The position numbers and the translations under genes are program-made. A stretch of 63,072 nt of DNA, filler included, from a bacterium (lineage in GTDB: Bacteria; JAMOTN01): the NCBI GenBank assembly GCA_027062325.1. It is 7 parts of 7 records of this genome, joined end to end, with 100 filler letters (N's around TTAATTAATTAA, not from the genome) between each part and the next. Parts side by side here need not be neighbours in the genome. Positions count along the whole stretch, not along the records: positions 13,833 to 27,847 come from JAMOTN010000002.1; positions 27,948 to 41,671 come from JAMOTN010000004.1; 5 more parts are not named here. The stretch is one strand, 5' to 3'. The notes under the pieces are model-generated. The model was not told the DNA's origin and ran no database searches. It saw only the letters and a list, made by a program, of their open reading frames with translations. Of the stretch, positions 20,284 to 30,183 are shown piece after piece; positions within the stretch are counted from its first letter, which is position 1; each line of letters begins with the position of its first letter.

Positions 20284-21300
20284 GTGGCAGGAGTGCCGGT
20301 ACTTAGAAAAGATCCTGTTGTTAAAAGATGGGTAATAATAAAGGACGATCAGCCATTTAAACTCTCTCAACTTCAAGTTGAAGACACCACCCCAAAAGGG
20401 GATACCTCAAAATGCCCATTCTGCCCAGGGCATGAGGAAATGACTCCTCCAGAAGTTCTAGCTTATCGCTCAAAAGATTCAGAACCAAACAAAGAAGGCT
20501 GGGAAGTGCGTGTAATCCCAAATAAATTCGCAGCTTTGAAAAACGAAGGAGAATTAAATCGCAAACTTTTTGGAGTTTACGATAAAATGAACGGAGTTGG
20601 AGCTCACGAAGTTATCATAGAAACCCCTGAACATTTTGAGTCATTCTATACATATCCGGTAAGCAAAGTTGAACAGATAATTTGGGCATTCGTAGATAGA
20701 TATGATGATCTGCGCAAGGACAAGAGGCTCCGCTACATCCAAATCTTCAAGAATCACGGTAAAGCAGCAGGAGCTTCTCTTGAACATCCACACTGTCAAA
20801 TAATCGCAACACCAGTTGTTGTCAAACGTGTTATGGAAGAGATTGACGGTTCAAAAGAGTATTACATCTATCATGACAGCTGTCTTTTCTGTGATATGAT
20901 TGATCAAGAAATTGCAGAAGGTATAAGAGTTATAGAGAAAAATTCCCATTTTGTCGCATTTTGTCCATTCGCATCCAGGTTTCCTTTTGAAATTTGGGTA
21001 CTTCCACTAAAACACAGGGCAGACTTTGGCCATATAAGTGAGGAGGAAGTAAGAAGCCTAGCAGAGATAATGAGCAACGTTTTTAAACGTCTAGGAAGAG
21101 CTCTCTCTAATCCTCCTTACAACTTTATAATTCACACATCCCCTGTTAATTCACCAGGAATCGATTGCAGTAAATTTTACCACTGGCATATTGAAATCAT
21201 GCCAAGAGTTATCAAAACTGCTGGTTTTGAATGGGCGAGTGGTTTCTATACCAATCCGTTATCACCTGAGGAGGCAGCAAAACTCCTCAGAAACGCATAA
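20284..21300 (+). CDS. galT: GalT-family nucleotidyltransferase (HIT superfamily)
   Basis: CPFCPG, RVIPNKF, GAHEVIIETP, FKNHGKAAGASLEHPHCQ, HWHIEI, AGFEW. Confidence 0.88.
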   Translation: MAGVPVLRKDPVVKRWVIIKDDQPFKLSQLQVEDTTPKGDTSKCPFCPGHEEMTPPEVLAYRSKDSEPNKEGWEVRVIPNKFAALKNEGELNRKLFGVYDKMNGVGAHEVIIETPEHFESFYTYPVSKVEQIIWAFVDRYDDLRKDKRLRYIQIFKNHGKAAGASLEHPHCQIIATPVVVKRVMEEIDGSKEYYIYHDSCLFCDMIDQEIAEGIRVIEKNSHFVAFCPFASRFPFEIWVLPLKHRADFGHISEEEVRSLAEIMSNVFKRLGRALSNPPYNFIIHTSPVNSPGIDCSKFYHWHIEIMPRVIKTAGFEWASGFYTNPLSPEEAAKLLRNA

Positions 21301-21388
21301 TGATAATATTTTTGCCAATCTAACTTAATGCCGATCTAATCTAAGGCAAAAATTGCTTAGATTAAAAATATTTAGGAGGGTGATAAAC

Positions 21389-22822
21389 ATGAAAGTTTTG
21401 ATAGTCTCGTCAGAAGTTGTGCCTTTTGCTAAAACAGGAGGCCTTGCTGACGTTGCAGGTGCTCTTCCAAAAGCACTTAAAGCAAAAGGTGTTGATGTTC
21501 GCGTCGTAATGCCGAAGCATGATTGCCCAAATTGCAAATGCGAAGGTGAATATTTGACTCACTTTGGAGTAGAGTTTGATGGTAGAACAGAAACTGCTGT
21601 CGTTTTAGAGACAAGTATTGACGGTAAAATTCCAGTTTACATCATTGATAATAAAAATTTCTTCTCTCGACCCGGACTTTATGGCGAAAGTGGTAAAGAT
21701 TATGATGATAACGCTTTGAGATTTGGCTTTTTCTCAAAAGCAGTACTTGAACTATGCTTAAATATGGATTTTATTCCAGACGTTTTGCACATAAACGATT
21801 GGCAGAGCGCAATGGTTGCCGTGTACAAGAAGGTATTTTATGAAGACAAGATAAGCTCTAAGGTTCTTCTTACTATCCACAATCTACAATACCAAGGAGT
21901 ATTTGATCCACTCTTTTTACCACGTTTGGGGTTAGGCTGGGACTTGTTTGATATGGAAAAGCTCGAATTCTATGGGAAGATTAATTTCTTAAAAGGAGCA
22001 ATAGTATTTTCCGATGCTATAAATACTGTTTCTCCAACCTATGCAAAAGAGATACAAACTCCTGAGTTTGGTTACGGACTTGATGGAATACTAAAACACC
22101 TAAATTACAAGCTTTACGGTATTCTAAATGGCATAGATTACGATGTATGGAATCCAAAAACAGATCCTCTTATTTGGGAAAATTACGATGTTCAAACGCT
22201 GGAGAAAAAGCAAATAAATAAAAAAGAGCTTGCAAAATATACAAATCTTCCTGAAAATCGTATGTTCTTTGGTTTAGTTTCTCGCCTAGTTGATCAAAAG
22301 GGCTTGGATATACTTATTCCCGCAGTAAAAGAGATGATTAAGTACACAGACGCATGCTTTGTCTTTTTGGGTAGCGGACAGCCCGAATATGAGGAAGAGG
22401 TTGCTAAGTTGAGTAAGGAATTTTCCGACAGAGTGTGGGCAAAGATTGGCTATGACAATGAATTAGCGCACAAGATTTATGTAGGCGTAGATGCTTTCTT
22501 AGTTCCTTCTAAATTTGAACCATGTGGACTTACTCAGATGATAAGCATGCGCTATGGTACTCCTCCAGTTGTCAGAAATACTGGTGGACTTGCTGATACT
22601 GTTGTGGATCCAAACGAAGACAGACCAGAAGCACCATGCGGTATTAAATTTGATGATTATACTGCTCATGCATGTTTTGCTGCTATGAAACGTGCCTATG
22701 AAATTTACACATCCTCACCATCAACGTGGCGTGATTGGATGACAGCAGGAATGAGAAAAGACTTCTCCTTCTCATCATCTGCAGAGGAGTACATAAAACT
22801 TTACAAGAAGATCTCCTCTTAA
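21389..22822 (+). CDS. glgA: Glycogen synthase (GT5)
   Basis: KTGGLADV, HINDWQ, TIHNLQYQG, PSKFEPCGLTQM; start at ATG with SD AGGAGG. Confidence 0.95.
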   Translation: MKVLIVSSEVVPFAKTGGLADVAGALPKALKAKGVDVRVVMPKHDCPNCKCEGEYLTHFGVEFDGRTETAVVLETSIDGKIPVYIIDNKNFFSRPGLYGESGKDYDDNALRFGFFSKAVLELCLNMDFIPDVLHINDWQSAMVAVYKKVFYEDKISSKVLLTIHNLQYQGVFDPLFLPRLGLGWDLFDMEKLEFYGKINFLKGAIVFSDAINTVSPTYAKEIQTPEFGYGLDGILKHLNYKLYGILNGIDYDVWNPKTDPLIWENYDVQTLEKKQINKKELAKYTNLPENRMFFGLVSRLVDQKGLDILIPAVKEMIKYTDACFVFLGSGQPEYEEEVAKLSKEFSDRVWAKIGYDNELAHKIYVGVDAFLVPSKFEPCGLTQMISMRYGTPPVVRNTGGLADTVVDPNEDRPEAPCGIKFDDYTAHACFAAMKRAYEIYTSSPSTWRDWMTAGMRKDFSFSSSAEEYIKLYKKISS

Positions 22823-22875
22823 TTCTAAAATTGAGACAACATTCATGATTGCTGGTAAAATTTAAATATTGAGGA

Positions 22876-23922
22876 GTGATAAATATGCCAGAGTTGAGGT
22901 TTGATCCTATAACGCGAAGATGGGTTATTATAGCAACAGAGCGTGCTAAGCGCCCCTCTGACTTCGGAGGGCATTCTCCCACAGCTGGATCTGAGGTAGA
23001 ATCAACCGATTTTCACCCTGATTGTCCCTTTTGTGAGGGGAATGAAGCTAAAACACCTCCAGAAGTTTTAGCTTTTAGAAAACCTGGAACAAAACCTAAT
23101 GAACCTGGATGGTGGGTACGCGTTTTTCCGGATATAAGTCCGCTAGTTTCAACAAATACCCCAATAAATAAGCGCGGTTATGGAATATACGATGAAATTT
23201 CAGGATACGGTTATCACGAAATAGTAGCTGAAACTCCAAAGCATTTAGCGGATCTTTCTGATCTTGACGATGGGCACGTGTATGAAGTGCTATGGGCTTA
23301 CAAAGAGAGGATGATCAAAATCAAAACAACAGATCCAAATATAAAGCAGTTTATAATTGTCAGAAATTTTGGCGTAGAAGCAGGTGAACGTTTTGTTATA
23401 AGGCACAGCCACTCTCATATAATAGGTCTTCCAATAATTACAAAGCGAATAAATGATGAATTGATTGGTAGCAGTATCTTCTACAGATTCCACGAAAGAT
23501 GCATATTCTGCGACATAATAACAAATGAACTTGAGAGTAAGGAACGCATAGTATTGGAAAGTGATCACTTCGTGGTAATAAGTTTTTACGCTGCACGCGT
23601 TCCTTTTGAGCTTCACATATTACCAAAACGACACAATCCGTTTTACGAAACCTCTACAGAGGAAGAACTTCGGGACTTAGCTAAGGTTATTCGGACAACT
23701 TTGATAAAGCTCAAGAAAGTTGTAAATCCTGCGTACAACATGATTCTGCATACAGCTCCTTACTACAGTCCAAATCCTGTATATCCAGTGGAAGAAATTT
23801 ACCATTGGCATATCGAAATAATGCCTCGTCTTACCAAAGCAGCTGGATTCGAGTGGGGAACTGGTTTCCATATCAATCCAGTTCCACCTGAGAAGGCTGC
23901 CCTCTACTTGGCTGAGGCTTAG
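22876..23922 (+). CDS. Second, divergent GalT-family protein
   Basis: ELRFDPITRRWVIIATERAKRP, CPFC, HSHSHI in place of HPHxQ, AGFEWGTG. Confidence 0.85.
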   Translation: MINMPELRFDPITRRWVIIATERAKRPSDFGGHSPTAGSEVESTDFHPDCPFCEGNEAKTPPEVLAFRKPGTKPNEPGWWVRVFPDISPLVSTNTPINKRGYGIYDEISGYGYHEIVAETPKHLADLSDLDDGHVYEVLWAYKERMIKIKTTDPNIKQFIIVRNFGVEAGERFVIRHSHSHIIGLPIITKRINDELIGSSIFYRFHERCIFCDIITNELESKERIVLESDHFVVISFYAARVPFELHILPKRHNPFYETSTEEELRDLAKVIRTTLIKLKKVVNPAYNMILHTAPYYSPNPVYPVEEIYHWHIEIMPRLTKAAGFEWGTGFHINPVPPEKAALYLAEA

Positions 23923-23962
23923 TATAAATCTGGTTGAATTTTAATTTTAAGATTATGGAGGG

Positions 23963-25393
23963 ATGGAGATGCTTAAATTCGGAACAGATGGATGGAGAGC
24001 TATCATAGCAGATGAATACACATTTTCAAACTTGAGAATAGTATCGGAAGCTGTAGCACGCTATGTTGATTCAAAAGGAGCACAAGATAAAGGAGTGCTG
24101 ATAGGATACGATTGCAGGTTTCTTTCCGACAAATTTGCTCGTGAAGTAGCTGAGGTATTCGCAGCACATGGAATAAAGGTCAAAATTTCTGATTCGGTCA
24201 TTCCAACACCTGTTCTTGCATTTGCTGTTAAGCATTTCAGAGCTTTCGGAGCAGTTATGATAACTGCATCTCATAACCCTCCAGAGTACAACGGATTCAA
24301 ATTTATCCCTGAGTATGCAGGTCCAGCCTTTCCTGAAATAACAAAGGTCATCGAGGAAAATATTAAACAGATATTAGAAAATGAGACAAAAATAGACAAA
24401 ATTCCCTTCGAAGAGGCAAAAGTTAAGGGATTGGTTGAAGAATTTAATATTCAAGAAATCTATTTAGAACACATAAAATCCATTGTTGATGTGGATGCTA
24501 TAAAATCGCTCGGCTCTAAAGTTATCGTTGATCCACTTTTCGGGGCAGGGGCAGGTTATATTGAAAAATTCTTAACCTCTATAGGCGTTGAGGTAAAGTC
24601 CATGCACAATTGGAGGGATCCTCTATTCGGTGGTGGTATGCCAGAGCCTGCAGAGAAGTTTTTAACCCCACTTAAAAATGCAGTTCTTACAAATAAAGCT
24701 ATAATTGGCCTTGCAATGGATGGAGATGCAGATAGATTCGGCGTCATAGACTCGAAAGGTGAGTACATCACTCCAAACTACTTAATAACCATTTTGGCAA
24801 TGCATCTTATAAGATATAAAAAGTTCACTGGTTCTCTAGTAAGAACAGTTGCCACAACCCATCTCATAGACAGAATTGGAGAAAAGTACGGCATAACTGT
24901 TCACGAAGTTCCTGTTGGCTTTAAGTACATCGCAGAGAAGATGCTTTCTGAAAAAGTTATCATAGGCGGCGAAGAGAGTGGAGGTCTGAGTGTTCTAGGC
25001 CATATACCTGAAAAGGATGGAATTCTGGCAGATCTATTAGCTCTTGAAGTTGTTGCTGTTGAGAGAAAACCGCTATCAGATGTACTATTTGAAATTATGA
25101 GGGAAATCGGCACTCTCTATTCAAAACGCATAAATCTTCCAGTAACGGAAGAAGCTAAGGAAGGAGTTATATCATCTCTCAAGTCAAATCCTCCTGAGTA
25201 TGTGGCTAATATTAAGGTTTTGAACGTTACAACCATTGACGGCGTTAAATTGATTCTCAGAGACGGCAGCTGGATTTTGATGCGTCCATCCGGAACAGAA
25301 CCTGTTGTGAGAATATATGCGGAAGCCACAACATTTGAAACTTTAAATAGGCTAATCAAATGGGGGGAAGAGATATTTGCAAAGTATAAATAA
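23963..25393 (+). CDS. Phosphoglucomutase/phosphomannomutase
   Basis: FGTDGWR, ITASHNP, DGDADR, GGEESGG, RPSGTEP. Confidence 0.93.
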   Translation: MEMLKFGTDGWRAIIADEYTFSNLRIVSEAVARYVDSKGAQDKGVLIGYDCRFLSDKFAREVAEVFAAHGIKVKISDSVIPTPVLAFAVKHFRAFGAVMITASHNPPEYNGFKFIPEYAGPAFPEITKVIEENIKQILENETKIDKIPFEEAKVKGLVEEFNIQEIYLEHIKSIVDVDAIKSLGSKVIVDPLFGAGAGYIEKFLTSIGVEVKSMHNWRDPLFGGGMPEPAEKFLTPLKNAVLTNKAIIGLAMDGDADRFGVIDSKGEYITPNYLITILAMHLIRYKKFTGSLVRTVATTHLIDRIGEKYGITVHEVPVGFKYIAEKMLSEKVIIGGEESGGLSVLGHIPEKDGILADLLALEVVAVERKPLSDVLFEIMREIGTLYSKRINLPVTEEAKEGVISSLKSNPPEYVANIKVLNVTTIDGVKLILRDGSWILMRPSGTEPVVRIYAEATTFETLNRLIKWGEEIFAKYK

Positions 25394-25422
25394 GAGTATC
25401 GCTCAAATAGGAGGGAAGGAGA

Positions 25423-26055
25423 ATGAGTGAAGTAAGCGAGAAGGAAAAGATCAAAGAATCCTCAATGTCAGAAGCTATGAAGAGATTTGTAATGAGGAGA
25501 AATTATCTAGTCAAATCAGGTTATCAGTTTAAGATTATAATGTCACTTGTTTTACTTTTTGCTCTTATTTCACTTGTAGCAGTTATAAATCTTTATTTTG
25601 TTGGATGGAGAGTAACTGCAACAATAACCGGCACAAACGATCCATCTGTGTGGCATTCGCTTATCAAACTATTTTTTGATAGATATATAAACCTTATAAT
25701 AGGAGTTGCTCTCATAGACATATTAGTTGTAATTCTCCTCGGAATACTATTTTCTCATCAATTTGCAGGACCTATTCACAAACTTGAAAACTTCTTCTTA
25801 AAACTTAAAAATACCGGTAAAGCCGAAAAACTTCAATTTAGAAAAGAGGATAACCTTGATGATCTGGCAGATAGTGTGAACTCATTTACCGAAAGATTAA
25901 ATCTTATAACGGAAGAGCTGAAGTTTTTAATAAAAGCTCTTGAAACCGATGATATTAAAGGAGCAAAAGAAAGAGCTGCTCTTATTAAAAAGATTGCACC
26001 TGAATGGTTTGGAGTAATTAAATCTGAGGATAAGGAGGCTGAAGGAACAGCGTAA
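25423..26055 (+). CDS. Two-TM membrane protein with HAMP-like domain
   Basis: Two hydrophobic helices, then AGPIHKLE...FRKEDNLDDLADSVN. Confidence 0.65.
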   Translation: MSEVSEKEKIKESSMSEAMKRFVMRRNYLVKSGYQFKIIMSLVLLFALISLVAVINLYFVGWRVTATITGTNDPSVWHSLIKLFFDRYINLIIGVALIDILVVILLGILFSHQFAGPIHKLENFFLKLKNTGKAEKLQFRKEDNLDDLADSVNSFTERLNLITEELKFLIKALETDDIKGAKERAALIKKIAPEWFGVIKSEDKEAEGTA

Positions 26056-26100
26056 GCCTCCCCTTTTTTTGTTAAAATATTTGTAAGGGAGGGGAGGCAG

Positions 26101-26673
26101 ATGTCTATTGAAAAGTTCAAAGTGGGTTGCAAAGTGGTCCACCCCGATCATGGAGCAGGTAGTATCAAATCAGTGAGCGAAGAAAATTTCTTTGGCTTCT
26201 CGAAAACCTATCTGATAATAGAGTTTTTTTCAACAGGTTCTGTTGTAAAAATTCCAGTTGACGAAGTTTTGAATGGAAATATTCCCTTGCGTGAAGTCTT
26301 GCCGCGCAATATCCTGGAAGAAAAATTAAAGCTCTTGGGACAGGACGTAGGAGTCTTCAAAGAAAGCTACCAACGTTATCTTCTGGATGTAAAAAGTGGC
26401 TCTATTGATAAATTAATTGAAGTCATAAATGAACTGTGGTTTAAACGTACTAAACGTCAGCTTCACTCCAGAGAAAACAAACTTCTAAAAGAAGCCATAA
26501 ACTTACTTGCAAGCGAAATTTCTATAGCCTTTGACGTCATGCAAGATGAAGCACGTAGTATGATACTTCAAGCTGTTGGGGCAAGTGAAGAGGATGCAGA
26601 GAATTTATTTGATACAACTTTGAAGAATGCACGTGGAATAAAGTGGGTCTTGAAAGAGAACGCTTCAAGTTAA
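26101..26673 (+). CDS. CarD-family transcriptional regulator
   Basis: FKVGCKVVHPDHGAGSI RID domain; EAINLLASEIS C-terminal helix. Confidence 0.8.
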   Translation: MSIEKFKVGCKVVHPDHGAGSIKSVSEENFFGFSKTYLIIEFFSTGSVVKIPVDEVLNGNIPLREVLPRNILEEKLKLLGQDVGVFKESYQRYLLDVKSGSIDKLIEVINELWFKRTKRQLHSRENKLLKEAINLLASEISIAFDVMQDEARSMILQAVGASEEDAENLFDTTLKNARGIKWVLKENASS

Positions 26674-26709
26674 CTAGTAACTCATCTTATTCTTTTAGGG
26701 AGTTGTTAT

Positions 26710-27717
26710 ATGAAATACATTTTCGGACCAGTCTCTTCTAGAAGACTTGGTTTGTCATTAGGAGTCGACCTTTTCAAAGGCTTCAAACTCTGCTCAATGA
26801 ATTGTGTTTATTGTGAAGCAGGGAAAACCCTACTTCTTTCTTCCGTTAGAATGTCTGTGGCAGATCCCGATGAAGTCTTGAGAGAGCTACTAGCATTCAA
26901 GGAAGTAGATTTCGAATATATAACTTTTTCTGGAACAGGAGAGCCAACTCTTTCTCTGGAAATTGAAGACGTAGCAAGGGGCATAAAAAAACTCTTTCCT
27001 GACAAAAAATTGTGTCTTCTTACCAATGCAACATTTCTATCTCCTGAGATAGCAAAACTATTCGATTTGATAATTCCTTCACTTGACGCAACAGATGAGA
27101 GAGTTTTTGGTCGCGTTAATAGACCTGCTTGGGGCATAGATCTCGAAACTGTCATGGAAAACATTATCTCTGCTGCAGCCTACTCTTCAGCCGAATTCTG
27201 GATTGAGATTTTAATAGTAAAAGGCATAAATGACAAACCTGAGCATTTCTCAAGAATAGCAGAAGTGGTTCAAAAAGCCGCTGTTAAAAATGCTAATATT
27301 AAAAATATCCAACACGGCAAAATTTTATCTCCCATAACTAAGATCCAAATTGGAACTGTATCACGCCTTCCAGCAGAATCTGTCTTCTCTTCTGAAGCTC
27401 GAACTCTTGTAAACATAGCAAAATACATAGAATCACAGCTAGATAAGCTAAGTGATAAAATTCAACCTCCAACTGTGGAGATAATAAGCAGAATTTACAA
27501 ATCTCAAAACATAGACAAAACTGAACTAGAGAAGAAACTATTTGAAATCTCCATTAGAAGGCGTTTGGCTCTTTCAGAAGCATGCTCTACATTTGGAACG
27601 TCTGCCGCCGTTATAAGAAAGGTTGTAAAATACTCTCCACGGCTAGATCTAACTGTGTTCGATGGGGAAGAGTTTATCATCGCCGTCCCCACTTCCGACG
27701 ACACCGCTCCCCACTAA
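26710..27717 (+). CDS. Radical SAM protein (COG0731-like)
   Basis: FGPVSSRRLGLSLGVD, CSMNCVYC, ITFSGTGEPTL. Confidence 0.88.
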   Translation: MKYIFGPVSSRRLGLSLGVDLFKGFKLCSMNCVYCEAGKTLLLSSVRMSVADPDEVLRELLAFKEVDFEYITFSGTGEPTLSLEIEDVARGIKKLFPDKKLCLLTNATFLSPEIAKLFDLIIPSLDATDERVFGRVNRPAWGIDLETVMENIISAAAYSSAEFWIEILIVKGINDKPEHFSRIAEVVQKAAVKNANIKNIQHGKILSPITKIQIGTVSRLPAESVFSSEARTLVNIAKYIESQLDKLSDKIQPPTVEIISRIYKSQNIDKTELEKKLFEISIRRRLALSEACSTFGTSAAVIRKVVKYSPRLDLTVFDGEEFIIAVPTSDDTAPH

Positions 27718-27846
27718 AAGATTTTTTAGAAACTTCACGAAACCTTTGAACTGCACATCATTTTTAAACTTAAGTCGCAATTCAACTGCACTTTTTTTCT
27801 TTGAGATCTTTGCATCTAAACCAAGCTTCTTAAATTCTTCTTCGTA
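27649..27846 (-). CDS. C-terminal fragment of a truncated gene, possibly a ParB dimerisation domain
   Basis: Hand translation YEEEFKKLGLDAKISKKKSAVELRLKFKNDVQFKGFVKFL resembles the ParB C-terminal LGxxVxI...IxFxxxEE pattern. Confidence 0.35.
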   Translation of the reverse strand, partial: YEEEFKKLGLDAKISKKKSAVELRLKFKNDVQFKGFVKFLKNLLVGSGVVGSGDGDDKLFPIEHS

Positions 27847-27847
27847 A

Positions 27848-27947
27848 NNNNNNNNNNNNNNNNNNNNNNNNNNNNNNNNNNNNNNNNNNNNTTAATTAAT
27901 TAANNNNNNNNNNNNNNNNNNNNNNNNNNNNNNNNNNNNNNNNNNNN
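27848..27947. other. Artificial contig spacer
   Basis: 44N-TTAATTAATTAA-44N. Confidence 0.98.
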
Positions 27948-27948
27948 G

Positions 27949-28416
27949 CTTGATCACTGGAGTAATCCTTCTGCAGTTGTTACTGTTGACCTTGATTACT
28001 GGGCAAGTGTTGAAGATGTGTTTAAAAAGGCTTGCAATGATATATTGGACGGTGTAGGAGGTGCTACTAAAGCTAACTTTAAGAACGAGTTAGATAATGA
28101 CACAACAGAGGTTCAGTATGCATACTTTTGGTTGGCTACAGAAGAGGGATGGTCTTTCATAGATATGCACCGGATACTTGAAATAGCTGGAGGTAAGACA
28201 GGTATGAATTATTTGAACGACATGGATGCAATAATGCAGAATTTGATACTCAAGGTTTATAAAAGTCCTTTGACAAATTCCAATAACTACGGTATCTACG
28301 TTGCTTTTAAAAAGAACGCAACCACTGAAACAGATGATTTGACACTGTGGGATCCCAGTTACTTAAATAGAGGCTTTTGTGTTTACACTAGGTGGCGTGA
28401 AATTTTAGAACCTTAG
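27949..28416 (+). CDS. C-terminal fragment, clostripain (C11)-like
   Basis: Frame open from the gap; VVTVDL, SFIDM, YGIYVAF, YLNRGFCVYTRWREIL match the pattern of C11 C-termini (IDL, GLSIYFP, Y..L.F...T.W..FL). Confidence 0.5.
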   Translation, partial: LDHWSNPSAVVTVDLDYWASVEDVFKKACNDILDGVGGATKANFKNELDNDTTEVQYAYFWLATEEGWSFIDMHRILEIAGGKTGMNYLNDMDAIMQNLILKVYKSPLTNSNNYGIYVAFKKNATTETDDLTLWDPSYLNRGFCVYTRWREILEP

Positions 28417-30183
28417 TTATTCTTCTTCTTTGTCAATTCCGAATGAGATTAAGAAGTTGCGTATATCATTCCTTGTGAATGGATAGCGGGGGATGAGCGT
28501 TTTGAATTGAGAGGGAAGAGTTAACTCTACACTTAAGCTTTCTATAGCAGCTTCGAATTCACCCTGTATATCTTCTACAAAAGCGGCGAGTTGAGAAGCA
28601 TGCTCTGTTAGGAAAAAGTTGAAAACTGCTTTTGGACACAGACCTAGGTTTTCGCTCATAGCACTGAAAATTAGAAGGTAGCGGCTCAGTTCCGTAACGG
28701 GACCTTTTTTGCTCAAGTCGTAGTTGTGGAGTTGTAGAATTCCGGATGTAAATGAGTAAAGAGGAAGATAGTCAAATGTTGGTACTGGAGAGAGGGAAAG
28801 ATTAGCAGCAGTGTGTAATTCATTCGAAGTTGATACAACACTGAAACTTTTAAAAGATGTGGATGGAATCATGTTGAATAGGTGATTTAAGATTTGAGGA
28901 GACAATTTTACAGCTTCTTGAGAAGAGATTCTTGAAGCAGCTTCTATGGGAGATAGGCTATTTTCAAGCCAGTATTGAATTTCAGCTAAGGTTTTTGCTT
29001 CATCTGAAAATGAAAAGAACAAAAGATCTTCCAAGGTAGGAACGGGAAGGGTTCCTTCAAAGTGAAGACGTCCCAGACACTTTATACTACAGCCAAAACA
29101 GCCAAACTTTTCTCTTTCTTCAAACAATTGATACATTCCGGAAGATATAGGACGACTTATAGCTCCAGTATCGTTTAATTTTTCTACTATTGCAAGATCA
29201 GAATAGAGTGGAAGTCCCACTTCTAAAAATTCTGAAAGTATGGGAATATCAAGTTCTGGAAGTTGCGCACGCTCTACAGCGATTGCTAGCAGATTTTTCT
29301 TTGCAAAGGCGAAAGCTGCTCCCCCTCTTGCTCCATAGCTTGTGAAGTTTCCGTCACGGTGGAGGATAACAGATGAAAATGTTTTAAAGGGACCCAGGTG
29401 AAGGAGTGAGTAGTCTGCTACTAGAGATTCGATAAATGAGGCTTCCTCACCTTCAATTTCAATGAAATCAATTCCGGATTTGGTAATTAGTAGAACTGTA
29501 GGTTTGGATGCAGTGCCTGTTATTTTCAGCACTGGGATTTTAAGTTGAGCTAAGTGTTTCCCAAGGTTTCCAACCATCTTAGCAGAATAAGTTAAGAAAT
29601 TGTTGTTTACTACTACACTAAAACCACCTGTCAGATTTGCAGCGTACTTTGAAAGCTTTCCAGCAAAGATTACTATTGATCCTTTTGAAGCTTCTTTTAA
29701 AGCAAATGATCTACGGTTTGCTGGTAATTTTTCAAGTTTGAATGTTTTGGAAGAAAGGTCTATGTAACAGGCTGCGTCTTCTGAGTGAGTAAATAGGATG
29801 GGGGCTTCTTCTGTGAAAAAGATTACGTTTGCAATGGAAGAGGCTAAGTCCTTGTATTTTATGGGGATTAAGAATTGAATTTGAGTGTTAATGGAGGATA
29901 ACTCCTCTATTTCTTCTCGAATTCTAACTATATCTCTGTGCTCAAAGTTTACAAGATTTGGAATAAAAGCTACAATGTCAGCGCCATTTCTGATGGCAAA
30001 TTGAGCTTCAACAAGTTTTGCATTGACAGGGCTTATACCCCATGGATAACCTATTACGGCAACAATTTTGAAACCTTTCTCCTTCAAGGAAGTTGCGTCT
30101 TTTACACAAGCTGATACAGTGTATATTAACTTACCTACTGGCTTAAAATTTGTGTCCAGAGCAACAAATTTTGGTGTTATCAT
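28417..30183 (-). CDS. Fusion of a degenerate DeoC-like domain and an aldehyde:ferredoxin oxidoreductase-like domain
   Basis: N-term VIGYPWG...[17 protein letters not shown] parallels the adjacent DeoC; then [49 protein letters not shown] (AOR motifs). Confidence 0.72.
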   Translation of the reverse strand: MITPKFVALDTNFKPVGKLIYTVSACVKDATSLKEKGFKIVAVIGYPWGISPVNAKLVEAQFAIRNGADIVAFIPNLVNFEHRDIVRIREEIEELSSINTQIQFLIPIKYKDLASSIANVIFFTEEAPILFTHSEDAACYIDLSSKTFKLEKLPANRRSFALKEASKGSIVIFAGKLSKYAANLTGGFSVVVNNNFLTYSAKMVGNLGKHLAQLKIPVLKITGTASKPTVLLITKSGIDFIEIEGEEASFIESLVADYSLLHLGPFKTFSSVILHRDGNFTSYGARGGAAFAFAKKNLLAIAVERAQLPELDIPILSEFLEVGLPLYSDLAIVEKLNDTGAISRPISSGMYQLFEEREKFGCFGCSIKCLGRLHFEGTLPVPTLEDLLFFSFSDEAKTLAEIQYWLENSLSPIEAASRISSQEAVKLSPQILNHLFNMIPSTSFKSFSVVSTSNELHTAANLSLSPVPTFDYLPLYSFTSGILQLHNYDLSKKGPVTELSRYLLIFSAMSENLGLCPKAVFNFFLTEHASQLAAFVEDIQGEFEAAIESLSVELTLPSQFKTLIPRYPFTRNDIRNFLISFGIDKEEE

